DNA from: Octopus sinensis
Taxonomy: Eukaryota
Reading direction: 5' to 3'
Assembly (NCBI RefSeq): GCF_006345805.1
Contig: NC_043009.1
Span: 51,894,001-51,958,000 of the forward strand
Length of the DNA stretch: 64,000 nucleotides
Within the stretch, counting starts at the first letter, position 1. Every line of letters begins with the position of its first letter. Position numbers and translations under genes: made by a program. Shown here in pieces: positions 1 to 14,160 of this stretch. Below the pieces are notes generated by a model. That model saw only the letters and a list, made by a program, of their open reading frames with translations. It had not been told where the DNA came from and did not search any database.

Positions 1-244
1 GTACTAGTCTCGTAGGTGTCAATGTGTCACTTGATTTATAAGCACCAGCCAATCCTTGTCTTCCTTAACCGGTGTTCGTTGTTTTACAAACATTCTCGGT
101 TAGATCCTCAGCTTCAGTATAACTTCCACCCTTCGTCTATACATTCTCGGTGACCCTGAAGAAATAAATAATCATGACCATTGTTCTTCCTCTCTTGTCT
201 TAGTCTTACTTTTAGTCTTAGCCTTAGTTACTCATGTACAGTTG

Positions 245-810
245 GCCCTCACATTGAGTAGTAAGGTGTCCCTAATAATCCAAGTTTTAAGCATAGACGC
301 CTCCATCTTTCGATGTGTAGCTAAGTTGCTTTCCGTCCTTGATGGACATGTTTTCTTGGGTTTCCATCACATCCTTCGTCCCTCTAGTGGTACTATTGTA
401 TAGCTCACTAGGCTATTTGATCTTCTGAGTGTCGTAAAGCATAAACTGCAAATCTCACTTTGCTTCTGTCACAGTCTCCGGCAGGTTGCGCAGATTACCA
501 CTTCTCAAAACTTCAGAGGATGGTCGGAGAGCTAGCAGCCGTTCAACAAGAGTACTGTAGAAAACACTGGTGAAAACCACAATCGCAACAGAAGCTGGAA
601 GAAGAATTTTCAACAACATCCAGCATGATGCCGAAAACTCACCCCGAGCTATACAGGCGAGGGCAATATTCGGTTATGAACCTCAAGCAAAGCAATCGAA
701 CGAGCATCTGGAATTTTCTGACTTCCTCACTTTGGCTAAGCGGTAAATAAAACAAAGTAAGCTCGGCCTTGGTTGATGAGATTCAGGTGAAAGCATGCCA
801 TGCAGCTTCA
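245..810. mobile_element. Highly degraded RTE-type LINE remnants
   Basis: Minus strand ~245-500 translates, with stops and frameshifts, to RTE C-terminal-like fragments (RFAVYALR...LEGRR...KPKKT...RWRRL). The ~540-810 portion looks LINE-like but is too decayed to assign. Confidence 0.4.
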
Positions 811-1263
811 TTCGCTATTGTAGTCAGTGCCGAGGATTAACAGAAAGAGGCACGTAATCTCCTACAAGGATTAATTTTAAACTCAAGCAATAGAGGAAAC
901 CTAGAGAAGAGGGAGAGAGAGAGTGCTGTGGCTACTGAAGCGCGTTCAAAGTGGTACCGGATGGAAAAAAGATCACTGTTTGAATCCTTCTTTAAGTGAT
1001 GTCTAATTCCGTAGTCACTGCTAAGCGCACCTGGTAATGCGTGAAACACTTTTGACACTGTGTTACCTGCTGAAATTGAGGGATGATATGTATCGTTGCC
1101 ATTGATTTAGTTGCTATCTTACAATGTCTTTAACTAATTCTTGTAGTTTGTGTGTGGCACTTTCAGCAAGTGTCATCTAATATAGCCGGTAGTGTAGAAT
1201 ATCTTAAGGGTAAATTTGCTTGAAGGAAACTGTGCTGGAGCCCGTTGTATATATGTATGTGAT

Positions 1264-1297
<34 letters not shown>

Positions 1298-1841
1298 TGT
1301 GTGTGTGTATGTGTGTATTTCTGCGCACATGTATGTTTTTGAATATGTGCTTTTCTCCCTCCCACTGTTTTGACAACAAGTATTATTTCTTTACGGCCCC
1401 GTGGCACGTTAATTTACCAAAAGCAGCATGTAGAATAAGTACCAGGTTGGACAAAAACAGGTACCGGAAACGACTTTCTCGACTTGATCCCTCAACGCGA
1501 TGCTCCAGTATGACAGCATTTCAAGGACTGAAACAAGAAAAGAAGGATAAAAACAAAGATATTTTAAAATGGGAATTTCACTGTATTCAATGCATCATGG
1601 TTCCAATATGAATGTTCAATGAATATTGATTTGTAAATAAAATAAAAAATACAAACATTGAATGTGAAGGCATCTAAAATTCTTAAAAACAACGTAAACT
1701 GCATTACATTTCCATAATAAAATAATCTATTAGCGCATTTCGTTATGATATGTTTTGATTCATTATATTGCTGTATAACGTAGTGCTACGTTATATCGTT
1801 ATATAATACAGTGGTATATTTCAGTACTATATTATATAAAT

Positions 1842-2200
1842 GGTGGCGTAATGGCCCAGTGGTTAGGGCAGCGGACTCATGGTTTCGATATCCAGACCGG
1901 CCGTTGTTAGTGCTTATTGAGCGAAAACACCTAAAGCTGTACGAGGCTTCGGCAAGGAGTAGTGGCAAACTCTGTTGTTACCACAACTTTGTCTCCTTTC
2001 TTCCTGTTTCTTTTATACCTGTATTTCAAAGAGGCCGGTCTTGTCACACTCTATGACACGCTGAATCTCCCCGAGAACTATGTTAAGTGTACAAATGTCT
2101 GTGGTGTGCTCAGCCACTTGTACGTTAATTTCACGATCAGGCTGTTCCGTTGATCATATCAACTGGAACCATCATCGTCGTAACCGACGGAGTACCACGA
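1842..2200 (+). mobile_element. tRNA-derived SINE, family C head/core with tail type 1
   Basis: Head TGGCCCAGTGGTTAGGGCAGCGGACTC (A box) and GGTTTCGATATCC (B-box-like). Core TATTGAGCGAAAACACCTAAAGCT is shared with 10038-10335 and 53981-54643. Confidence 0.8.
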
Positions 2201-2239
2201 TATTATATAAACTACACTAAATATATACACTATACACAA

Positions 2240-2387
2240 GGCGTAGGAGTGGTTGAGGGGTAAATAACTTGCTTACCAACCACATGGTTCCAGGTGCAGC
2301 GCGGCACCTTAGCCAAGTGTCTTCTACTCGAGCCAACCAAAGACATGTGAGTGGATTTTGTTGACGGAAACTGAAAGAAGCCCGTCG

Positions 2388-2424
<37 letters not shown>

Positions 2425-2657
2425 GTGTGTGCATATGTTTGTGTGTCTGTGTTTGTCCCCCCAATATCGCTTGACAACCGATGCTGGGTGTGTTTACGTC
2501 CCCGTAACTTCGCGATTCAGCAAAAGAGACCGATATCATAAGTACTAGGCTTACAAAGAATAATTCCTGAGGTCGATTTGCTCGACTAAAGGCGGTGCTC
2601 CAGCATGGCCACAGTCAAATGACTGAAACAAGCAAACGAGTAAAAGAGTAAAGAGTA
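2240..2657 (+). mobile_element. SINE family A, near full length, with internal (TA)/(TG) microsatellite
   Basis: GGCGTAGGAGTGG head; GACGGAAACTGAAAGAAGCCCGTCG core; GGTGCTCCAGCATGGCC..CAGTCAAATGACTGAAACAAG 3' part; (GAGTAAAA)n-like tail. Partial copies at ~1400-1560, 7170-7285, 8240-8490, 21040-21235, 31540-31750, 32390-32595, 47450-47620 and 49120-49290. Confidence 0.85.
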
Positions 2658-5087
2658 TAGCATTCATATAATACATTCCTACCGTAATATACTGCCCTTT
2701 ATTAGTATATTACATGAAATACACTATATGACTATATTACTATACTATCAGTACTAATAATCTATTTTACTTATAACCATAATAAACTGTATATTATATG
2801 TAATACACTGTATTACTATACTGTATAAAACACAGTGTATTACTATATATTACTATGGTACTAGATTACATGAAATGTACTATAACAGTATATTGTATAT
2901 ACTGCACTATATTACTGTATCGCTTAACACAATATTAGTACTTTAAATCGAATACGCTTATATTAGGTGTAATTCGATATATTATATATTATATTACAAG
3001 ATACACTATAATGCTAAATTACTTACACTACTCTACGTTGCTATATAGCGTAAACTACACTCGAATAATGTAAGAACTGTCAGTGCGTTTATAAATTTAT
3101 TAGATTTACCCGATTAGAAGTTGCAATTTTCCTTTCATTAATCGTTTTAGGAATAGCAAAATGAAATATTGATTTGATTAGACTAAGTTAAGTTTTTAAG
3201 CTAGCTGTATCGTTCTATACTTTCCTACGTGTTTCTGTGCGTTATTACGCATTGCTAGGTTATATTAACCACGGTTCGTACGTTTGATTTTGCTATAGCA
3301 TAACCACAAGAACAATGAAAACGACAATATGCAGTCTTGGACAAAAGATGGACTGGATGTCTTCAATCACAGCTCTGTTAAACTAAAGCAAGCAAGGGAC
3401 ATGTTGGTATTGTTGCGAGGAAAAAGAGAACAAAATTGGCAAGTACACATCAGCAACTTCATAGACTGTGCAGCAACACTATCAATATTTACATTACATT
3501 TGCAAGAAAATCCTCACCATTAGCAGCAACAATGACGACCAGCCAATATGAGGCCTGTAAGTGGTTGCTCGATATAGCATCCAGATCTTCAAATTGTGCT
3601 CCATAGATTTTAATCAAGAAATAGTTATTTTCATATGATCTTACGCACATTGTATCTCAATACAAGACAGGATGGGCGAGAGTAGGTATCTATAGCAAGA
3701 AGTCTTTTATGTTCGATTACGTTCGATGTCCACCGACTCGTTACTTTGCGGTCAAATTTGTCTGTTATCATTTCGGGGCCGATAAAATGCGTACCCGTGG
3801 AGCTACGGGGGAGGATGTAACTGACTTACCAGTTTCCTAAATTTGTTGGGTTTGTGCCAAAAGTTGACACTATATGAGTGAGTGGCTGAAACAATAACAA
3901 CCACAATAATGATTGTGGCATCACAAATGATAGTAAGAAGATAGCAACCTTAACACTACTAACATCAAAACAAAAGCAACGCTAATAACACGGACACCAG
4001 CTCCCACACTGTGAACACAAATAACATGCAGAAGAGCTACAATTACAAAAATATTACAACAGATAGCAGAATGGCCAATAAGGGAGTCTCTGGCTTTTCT
4101 ATCGATCTACTAGAAATAATTATTGAATCACCATAAAGGCATCCCGTACTCTTTTACATAAGGAAAGCGCTTTTCCATAGCGCTTTTTTTTATTCTAATT
4201 AAAATTTAGTCTTTTTTCCTCTTTCTATCTTGGCAAAGACCTCCTGTCCGAAATTTCAATTTCTGTTGCGCTTCTTCAAATTGTAATACATATACAACGT
4301 GGGTGTTTGCCTTCATTCATGATTTGTCTTCTGAATTAATTTCTGACAGAAACAAATCCCCAGACACACCAGATATCGGATTACTTATCATTAATTTGAA
4401 TCAGGATTGTGGCGATAACAACGTGACACAAGTTTTTCTAGTTTCGCTACGTAAATTTGAAATACAATGTTGAAAAATGAAATGGTGACTGGTTTTATTA
4501 AACAAAAAATATTTGGTAAATAACTGTTTCGCAACTGAATCGCTTAAACTAAAAACAAAATCAGGAATATAAAAAATGAGAAATTTATTAGAAACACAAA
4601 AATTACAATAAATTCATTTACTGAAAACTATCTCTTTCTCAACTAAAAAATAATAATTTCTATTATCCATCGTTTAATTGAATGCAGTTTTCGAATAATG
4701 TGTCAATGTTCTGTCTTAGGCCCGCTAAATAAATTATAGATGGGTTGAAGGGATTTACAGTCACGTAAATTTGATGCAAGAAAATTTTAAACTTTATCAG
4801 GAATTTGAAAGTTTTTTCATCTTTTGCAAATTGGAAACCTTAAAGAATAAAATGTTTTTCATTTTAAATGCCATGAAGAAAAGCAGAACTGTAGACATAA
4901 TTTATTGATAACAATGCAAAATAATTCGCATCAGTCGCATATCATCCGATACTGTGCTGCACAAAATTACATTTTCACGAACCGAGTCGAAGAAATGTAA
5001 TTTTTCTGTAGAAAAAATATCTCCCTCTCTGGCTCTCTCTCACTTATTTCCATATGTATATATACATTTATATATTAGTTTTATATG

Positions 5088-5178
<91 letters not shown>

Positions 5179-5473
5179 TACACGCAACATACACGTATAC
5201 ACACACAGGCACGCATATTCTGGTATACGCATATTAGTGCAAAGAGAAATGTATTTTGTGAAAATTTGTACACACGGTATAGTATTATTATACAGACTAC
5301 ATGAAGCAAGTCCTGACGTAATTCATTTAAGTACATCGTCTGTATCTCTTTAGATTTGTTCCTTGTATTAGGTTCATTCACATAGGTGAAACATGCTTCG
5401 TTTAATAGATTCCCAATGCTTTCAAATGGCCTGTTTGTGTGTGTGTGGCAGTCACCTCCACTCTCTCTCTCTT

Positions 5474-5531
<58 letters not shown>

Positions 5532-7902
5532 GTGCGTGTGTGTGTATATATAAATATATGATACATATGTAAATATATCATACATATATTCATTTGCAAT
5601 ACACATAAATATATATATTATATAATATATATATATTAGAGACACACAACCATATATATATATATATATACAAATACTATCTATCTATCATTCTATCTAT
5701 CTATCTGTCTATCTATCTATTTATCTATGTATCTAACTCTATCTCCGTCTCTATCTATTTCTGTCCCTCCCCCCCCTCTCTCTCTCTCTCTCTCTGTATA
5801 TATATATATATATAGGGAGAGAGAGAGAAACAGAAATACATATACATATATATCAATATATATATATGTATATATTCACACAGTATATGTATATTTATAA
5901 ATCTATACAGAATTTTGTCTAAATATATATATATACATGTTTGTCCGCACGCACACGTGGTTGTGTGATTGTGCGTGTGGGTACACACCTATGTGTGTGG
6001 GTGTGTGGACATTAGCTGAAAGCCATAACATTTGGAGAAAGAAGAGAGCTCTGTCTATTAAATTTAAAGTAGACGCCAACGGGAGTCGAAATAACTATGT
6101 AGAAGCAATGTCGTGCACTTAGCCTCTGGCTTTGCTATATCTGTCGGTTCTCAATTTTCCTGAATATTTATGAATATTTATGTGATGTCTCCACACCGAT
6201 GGATTTTACTATTTTCATGGACATCAACGCATTTTAAGCGGCATCCAAATGCAAAGCATTCGGTCCTTAAAAGCATCGTTCAGCCATTAGCGCAAGGAAT
6301 ATACTTTTGATTTTGTTTCTACTTTCTGTTCCGATTTGAAAAGGCCTGTTACTCTAGACTGGTAAAATTTCATATCCCATCTTGTGAAGTCCACCCAAAC
6401 AAGCTTTCGTATTTATCTCTATCATTTCTCTTAACGCCTTAAACCAATACAAATCATTTTTAAAATTACGTCTGTTTTTTTCCCCTTTTTAAACAAATCT
6501 CGTTCGACACGCTCGCCACATTCAGGTTTTTCCAATTTTAATGTCTGGCATCGCTTAATCTTATCGTTTATCCACTACAGTATTTCCTTAAAATATTCCC
6601 CGCCTTACATTTTCTTTTTCTCTGTTTCTACATTCTTCTTTTTAAATACATATTTTTTCAAATACAGTTTGTTGAAACTGAAAACATTCCTGACAGAAAA
6701 CTCTACCTCTACAGCACCTTCCAATTTTCATTTACAGCTTTTTTCGTCTGCACTCGTCTGAAACGCGCTTTTATTATTTCTCGCTCTCTCGTGCGCGCGC
6801 TCACCCTCTCATGTCATTGTTGAACACCTAGCACAAGCAATTATTTATTGCGATCAATTAATTGTGGCATACATTAGCTCGCTCAATCAAGTAGACACTG
6901 CCTGTACGGGTGGGTGCAAGCTATAACGGAAGATAGTATGGAAGTGATTCTAGAACAAAGAGAAATAAAGAGTTTTGCTCAAGAGCACAATGCACACCAC
7001 CGACCAGAAACTGAAACCACGATCTTGCGATATTCAATGCAACATGCTAACCGCGTGTTCCCGCGCCTTTATGCGTATGTATATACATGTACATGTAAAT
7101 ATATGTGTGTGTCTGTGTGTCTGTGTGCGTATGTGTGTTTGGGTATATATATATACACACACACATAGAGTCCGATAGAATAAGTACTAGGCTTACAAAG
7201 AATAAGTCTTGGGATCCATTCGTCCGACTTAAGGTGGTGCTCCAGCATGGCCGCAGTCAAATGACTGAAACAAGTAAAAGAAAAAAGAAGGAAGATATAT
7301 ATATATATATTAATATATATATATGTACATACATACAGACACGTACTTACAGTCTCATACAGACATACGCACACAAACACACCCACATGCATAACAACAA
7401 CTACAACAACATCAAGAGAGAGAACTTTACGTATAGCGCCTAGGAAAAATATTACGAAATGTAAAATGCACACGGTCTTTCGTGTTGGAATAAATTTCAT
7501 CATTTTAAAATAGAGTAACGGTAAAACCTGAATAAATATGCAAAATGGAGAAACTGTTACATCGTTTGTAGGAATAAAAGTAGAATATTTGTGATTTTAT
7601 TCTTACACTGATTTTGATGACATAGTGTACAATGTTGCAGTTAAATTTCTTAAACGTACATAATTCCGTATTCGTATAATATAATTATATACAGTTTTCA
7701 TTTCGTATCTAGATAAGGATTAAAGTTTCTATGTGTAATGGTTCTGTGTTAGCCTTACGCTATGCTAAACTGTAATGTACTTATCGGAAGAAACTGTATT
7801 AAAAATACGGTATAGAGCATGCAAGAAGAAACCTTGTACATTAATATACAAAATATAAGTTCACTTGGGATGTAAATTTACGCATTTCAAATATTATTTT
7901 CT

Positions 7903-8176
7903 ACGCTAAGTACAAGGCCCTAACGTTTCTGCCAGCTCGCCGCCTTACGCATTTTAAATATCATTTTCTATTCTAGGCACAAGGGCCGAAACTTTGGGGG
8001 AGGTGGCCAGTCGATTAGATCGACCCGAGTACGCAACTGGTACTTAATTTATGAACCCCGAAAGTTTGAAACGCAAAGTCAACCTCGGCGGAATTTGAAC
8101 TCAGAACGTAAAGACAGACGAAATACGTCTAAGTATTTCACCCGGCATGCTAATGTTTCTGCCAGAACGCTGCCTT
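7903..8176 (-). mobile_element. SINE family B: an internally deleted copy plus a full copy in tandem
   Basis: Reverse strand reads GGCGGCGAGCTGGCAGAAACGTTAG (head) and GAGTTCAAATTCC (B box). The flanking sequence TTACGCATTT(T/C)AAATAT occurs three times. Confidence 0.8.
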
Positions 8177-10037
8177 ACGCATTTTAAATATTAAAATTTA
8201 AATATTTTCACAAATATTGTTACTTCAAATGAATTGACCTCTTTTATTTCTCTTTTTTATTCGTTTCAGACATTAAACTTCCCTCATAATTGGGTATCAC
8301 TTTCAAGAATTTTAATCGAACGAATCGACCTCAATACTTATTTTTTTAAAGTATCGGTATTCATTCTATCGGTCTCTTTTGCGGAACTGCTAAGTTATGA
8401 GGACATAAATACACCAGCATCTATTTTGGGGGGCAAGCTTAGACACAAAGACACAAACACACACATATGTATGTGTATATATATATGACGGACATTTTAA
8501 AGCTAAATAAAGTTTAATGAGATTTAAGGAAAGACATCAGTTAATCTTATAACTGGAGCCAGGCAACGGAAAACAGTTTTTTAAGCATTACAACAAGCAG
8601 TGCAATTTATGCCCAATGAAAAATCTTGGAATTATCTTAAATGGATATGAAGGAACGAATTTGAACTTACGTATGTAAGTTCTCAATAGCTTACCTCTAA
8701 TACAAACCTCTGAGTTAATTAGATAGATAAACGGATCCCTATTTATATTGACCACCTCATTCCCATTCTCAAGTATGTAATCCTACCTTATTTCATTCTC
8801 ATTAGCCTTCTTGACTTCTAGTTGCAACAGCCTAGATACCTTAAACCTAAATTATTAAATACAGTTTTATTCTCTTTTTGTCTTCTTGATATATTTTCCT
8901 ATATCCGTAGTTCAAAACTATGCCATTCTTAGAAATGCCTACTTCAACTCATTAATTTAACTTTCGTTTTATTATCATCATAACAATCATTCTTTTAATA
9001 TTTAGGTGCTACATTCTATACCATGTTCCTAAGCTTAACGCTGAAATATATTTAATTATTATATTTCATTCACTTGCATTTATCGTAATTATATATTATC
9101 TATTCACTTATTGCACGCCTCTCATTATATTTTCATAATTATAGCTAGACTTTTATCTAACTATACCTATCATAAATATTATTTCTAATATCTATTCTTA
9201 TACCACATAATTATCTATCTGGACCGTTTCATATTTTTTAAAATTTTGATTCCTCACTTTTATATTTTGATAGGTCAAACCTTATCTCGTGTGCTACTTC
9301 AATATTTTAGGTTGCTTACCTAACCAGTATATTTTTAATTTAAAATGAAAATTTCAGCTTTATTTGTTATACCCTATTAATCCTATATTTTCATTCGTTT
9401 ATTATTTGCTTTTAATTGTTATGTTATTAAAAATGTATTTTAATTATCTGTAAATATTTCCAGACTTCCTGCTAATTTTACCATTTATACTAGTTTTCTG
9501 AGTATTTTTACGTAGCATTTTATGTAAGCACAGTGGTGATATTTCTATAGTAAATATATACAATACAATGCATTATTAAACTTCGCTCGCTTAATTTCAT
9601 TTCTGAAACTATATCTATTTAATCAAATTCTACCGTTCTCTGTAAAATTACCCCCACTGACTTCCATACAAATTTTTAAAAAAAAGATACAAAATGAAAA
9701 ACTGTGAATCTTAAAATGCAGCTGTAATTTCTGAAGGAAGAAAATTCCGGCGAATTTGAAGCAGACTTTTACAAGTTATTTGTTTATTTCTCGTATTTGC
9801 ATTATGTTGATGATCATTATTCCTCTTCCCTGTGCGCTAACATTATTCAAAATATCGATTTTATGTTTACCTCGCTTTCTATTCCTACAGTACTTTATAC
9901 CAAATCAATTCCCGTGTAGTACTCTCATATTGATGTCTCAAAACTTTTACTATGAGTTATACAATACACACTATTTTCAATAAATATCTTTCGCTCACAC
10001 ACACACTCAAACATACATACGTATACACACACACATA

Positions 10038-10333
10038 TCGTTCGTCACCCTTTTCAAGCCTAGCCAGGCTCATGAGCCCGGTATTTGTCTCCCCCCCCCC
10101 AGCTGGACGAGACGCCAGTCGTTACTCGCAGCGTTACTCAAGAAACAGGAAGAGAGAGCGAGAGAAAGTTGTGGTGAAAGAGTACAACAGGAGTCACCAC
10201 TACCGCCTGCCGGAGCCTCGGCGTGCTTTTAGGTGTTTTCGCTCAATAAACACATACAACGACCGGTCTGGGAATCGAAACCGCGATCCTCCGACCGCGA
10301 GTCCGCTGCCCTAACCACTGGGCCATTGCGCCT

Positions 10334-10335
<2 letters not shown>
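10038..10335 (-). mobile_element. SINE family C with tail type 2
   Basis: Reverse strand reads GGAGGCGCAATGGCCCAGTGGTTAGGGCAGCGGACTCGCGGTCGGAGGATCGCGGTTTCGATTCCC (tRNA-like head). The 3' tail differs from the other C copies. Confidence 0.85.
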
Positions 10336-10394
<59 letters not shown>

Positions 10395-11369
10395 TACATA
10401 ATTGCATATTTGTTGAAGATGAGATAGAATGACTAAATTCTAATTGTATTGAGAACATTAATTGTAATCTGACTTGAAATATTTTTTTGATGTAAGTTAA
10501 CGTTTACGGATTCCATGCAAGGACCATTTGGTATAAATTAACCTGATGACATGTATAGCAATGATATATTTCAACATATCACAACATAACATTATAACAA
10601 GCAAACCTTGAAAGCTAAGTATACTATGACACTTAGTAAGTAATTAAAGTGCTTTCGGTGTAGAAAAGTTTATACGAGTTCTGACATGAAGCAGTTTCTG
10701 ATATGGTTCAGTTGACTTGGATGCTCGGGTAATGACGAGAGCTGCTAATAACTCCACCTAATTACAGTGATGCAACTTAATTACCCATATTTTTCTCATT
10801 ACATCCACTTGAGAGAAAACTCTATCCTCTTTATATGGACCTCACCTATATTATGAAACCGGCTCTTTTTCACAACTTATGTGATGATGCTGTCAGCACA
10901 CTCACAAGTGCGCCACCTGCTGCCACACATTGAGCTCCCAGGTAACGTTGTTGAGAGATTATTTAACGCAGAACATGCGGATCATCTAGCATTCTCACCG
11001 GTTAAATAACTAAAATTATATACAAGCTTTGAATGAAAGTGTGTTATTACAAAGTGTGTTATTACAAAGTATATTATTACAAAGTGCTCAGAAAATATTT
11101 CTCTAATATTTTCAGTTAAACAATATTCATGTATCTGTCTGTATTCTTAACCTTGTTAGTCTATAGTAGTCATTAAAATAATTAGTGAGATTGTTCACAA
11201 AGAGACATGAAGCACTATTGACGAATCAGTTGTACATTTTATTAAAATGCCTTTTACTTTTTACGAGAAGCACGTTCATATTTATCTTTTCATACTTATA
11301 ATGTATTACAAAAATTTCCTAACACAAAATATTTTGGCGTCTTCTTATCCGTTTCTACGTCCGTTTAGC

Positions 11370-12050
11370 TTCGTCAGGATGGAATCTGCTTTGGAATTTT
11401 GGATCAGTAAATTCAAGAAGAAAAACAACCCCTTGAGCGGTAACATCATCCTTGAAAAAGCGCGGAAATTATACCAGCAGCTCGACAGAGGGGGCAGATT
11501 AGAAGGCACTGAAGAACCGTAACTAAGACCATTGACTGCACCGAAGACCGAATATTTTCAAACCAGCAAGGGATGGTTTTGACCGTTTCCACAAACGGTT
11601 TAAAATAAAATTTGTTTCTCTGCATGGGAAGACAGCATTAGCCGACAAAAACGCCGCCGAAAAGGGCCTCGAGACCTTCAGGTAGATGATCGAGGACAAG
11701 GGATACAAGCTGGAAGAGGTTTTCTGTATGGACGAGACTGGCTTGTTCTGGAATAAGATACCTTCCAGAATGTACATCATAAATGCCGAAGCCAGGGTCT
11801 CAGCATTTAGGGCACAGGAGGACAGGCTGATGCTAATAACGTGTGGCAATGCTGCTGGCTACACGAGGAGACCAGGACTTATCTACAAGTCTGTGAAACC
11901 AAGGAACTATCAATCTATCTATATATATATATTTTACGTTATATGTTGACATTTATAAGCATTTTTCTGGACTACATCCAATATTCGTGGTTTTTTACTA
12001 TTCGCGGGTGCTCTAGTAACGTAACCACGCAAAGACCGGGGGAATACTGC
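11370..12050 (+). mobile_element. Tigger/pogo-like DNA transposon fragment (CENP-B HTH plus start of DDE_1 domain), disrupted
   Basis: MESALEFWISKFKKKNNPLSGNIILEKARKLY (HTH_Tnp_Tc5-like) and EEVFCMDETGLFWNKIPSRMYI...DRLMLITCGNAAG (pogo DETGL motif). A Tigger-like terminal repeat ends ...GGGAATACTG at ~12049. Confidence 0.85.
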
Positions 12051-12059
12051 GATCCTTTC

Positions 12060-12950
12060 TATTATAGGCACAAGGCCTGAATTTTAGGGGAGGGTAACGT
12101 TCGATTACATCGACCCCAATTCTCAACCGGTACTTATTTCATCGGATCCGAAAGGATGAATGGTAAAGCCGACCTCGGTGGAATTTGATCTCAGATCATA
12201 AGGACGAATGAAATGCCACGAAGCATTTTGCCCGGCGTGCTAACGTTTCTGCCAGCTCACCCCTTTATCACCATTAATAATAAAGAGATCTGGTGCACAC
12301 ACAGGGTCCCACGTTAAGATAAAACATCCAGTCGCTAATATCGATTTCATATTTTGGCACAAAGCCAGACGTTTCGGCGTAGGTCGATTATATCAACCCA
12401 AGCATTCAACCGGTACATATTTTATTGAAACCCGAAAAAATTAAATGCAAAGTAGACACTGTCAGAATTTGAATCCTGAACGTAAAGCCGAGCGAAATGC
12501 CGTTAAGCATTTCACTCGTTGTACTAACGATTCTTATTTATTTAGTGCCCACAAGAGGCTACACACAGAGGGGACAAACAAGGACAGACGAACGGATTAA
12601 GTCGATAATATCGACCCCAATGCGTAACTGGTACTTATTTAATCGACCCTGAAAGGGTAAAAGGCAAATTCGACCTGGGCGGAATTTGAACTCAGAACGT
12701 AGCGGCAGACGAAATACCTATTTCTTTACTACCCACAAGGGGCTACACACAGAGGGGACAAACAAGGACAGACGAACGGATTAAGTCGATTATAACGACT
12801 CCAATGCGTAACTGGTACTTATTTAATCAACCCCGAAAGGATGAAAGGCAAAGTCGACCTCGGCGGAATTTGAACTCAGTACGTAACGGCAGACGAAATA
12901 CGGCTACGCATTTCGCCCGGCGTGCTAACGTTTCTGCCAGGTCGCCGCCT
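12060..12950 (-). mobile_element. Cluster of four SINE family B copies; the last two form a tandem pair
   Basis: Repeated GTCGACCTCGGCGGAATTTGAACTCAGAACGTA-like blocks near 12170, 12455, 12670 and 12853. Confidence 0.8.
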
Positions 12951-13928
12951 TACGCAGTCGTTAATATCGAGCTTCGTATTTCGGAAGTTCTAATATTAAC
13001 TGTCCAGTTATAGAGATCAAACTCAGAACATTTCGGTTATTATCAGTCAGTTAGAAAAGAAATCACGACGATAATTTAACAAAACTAAATACCAGTGCGG
13101 TTAATGATAAGAAGAGATAACACAAAGCATACAGATAAACCATAGATTCGATAATATTAAACTTAGTACTCGTCAGGTCCTGATATTAAATATTCAGTTA
13201 TAAAGAATATGGCTAGAATCATTCGGCTAAAACGTAATTTAACGAAACTAAATAACAACGTGTCTAATGGTAAGAAAAGATAATATAATAATTATAAAAT
13301 AATAACACAAAATACTAAAATATATATCATTCTGATATGATTACATATTTCTTGGATATCGCTAAAAAATATCTTGAAATTGGAAATTAGGAAATTAACA
13401 AGTAAAAAAAAATCATAAAATCATTTATACACAAAAGTGACAGCAAAATAACAAGGACCAAATATGGAAAGTCTAATTAGAAACACATGATATAACACAC
13501 GCAGTATCAACATCTAAATATCACATTGAAATATCAACAAGAAAATTATCCTCGAGAGGAAATGATGAGAGATAATGAGGTAGAGAGGAAGTAGAAATTT
13601 TAAGTTTCTCGTAATATACAAATTAGTGATATAACGCAGAGGAATGTGGAAGTAAAAATCAACTTCGTAATATCAAAGCCAATTAGCTGGCTCTCTCATC
13701 TACAATCTTACATGGTTCCAAATCAGAAATCATATACGCGGTGAACGTGTATATGTGTATTACATACCCAAAACACACACACATACACACATATATTGTA
13801 TAGAATAAAAAGATGGAATGTATATTTGATTTATTGGGTATGACACATGTTTCGACCCGTACATTCCTCCATTATATACATACACACACACACACATACA
13901 TATATACCACACATATATATATATATGT

Positions 13929-13986
<58 letters not shown>

Positions 13987-14123
13987 ATAACATACATACA
14001 CGTACACATACACACACACACATATATTATATAATATATATATTATATATATATATACATACATATATATATATATCTGTGTGTGTCTGCATGTGTGTGT
14101 AATCATGTTATGTATATATACAG

Positions 14124-14160
<37 letters not shown>

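Noticed and set aside
1-170. Strong minus-strand acceptor TATTTATTTCTTCAG near 156
   Set aside because: All three frames stop within about 20 codons and no partner exon can be identified.
13835-13872. Reverse-strand GGTCGAAACATGTG resembling the 3' half of a PLE hammerhead
   Set aside because: The CUGANGA half is missing (truncated by a microsatellite); at most a remnant.
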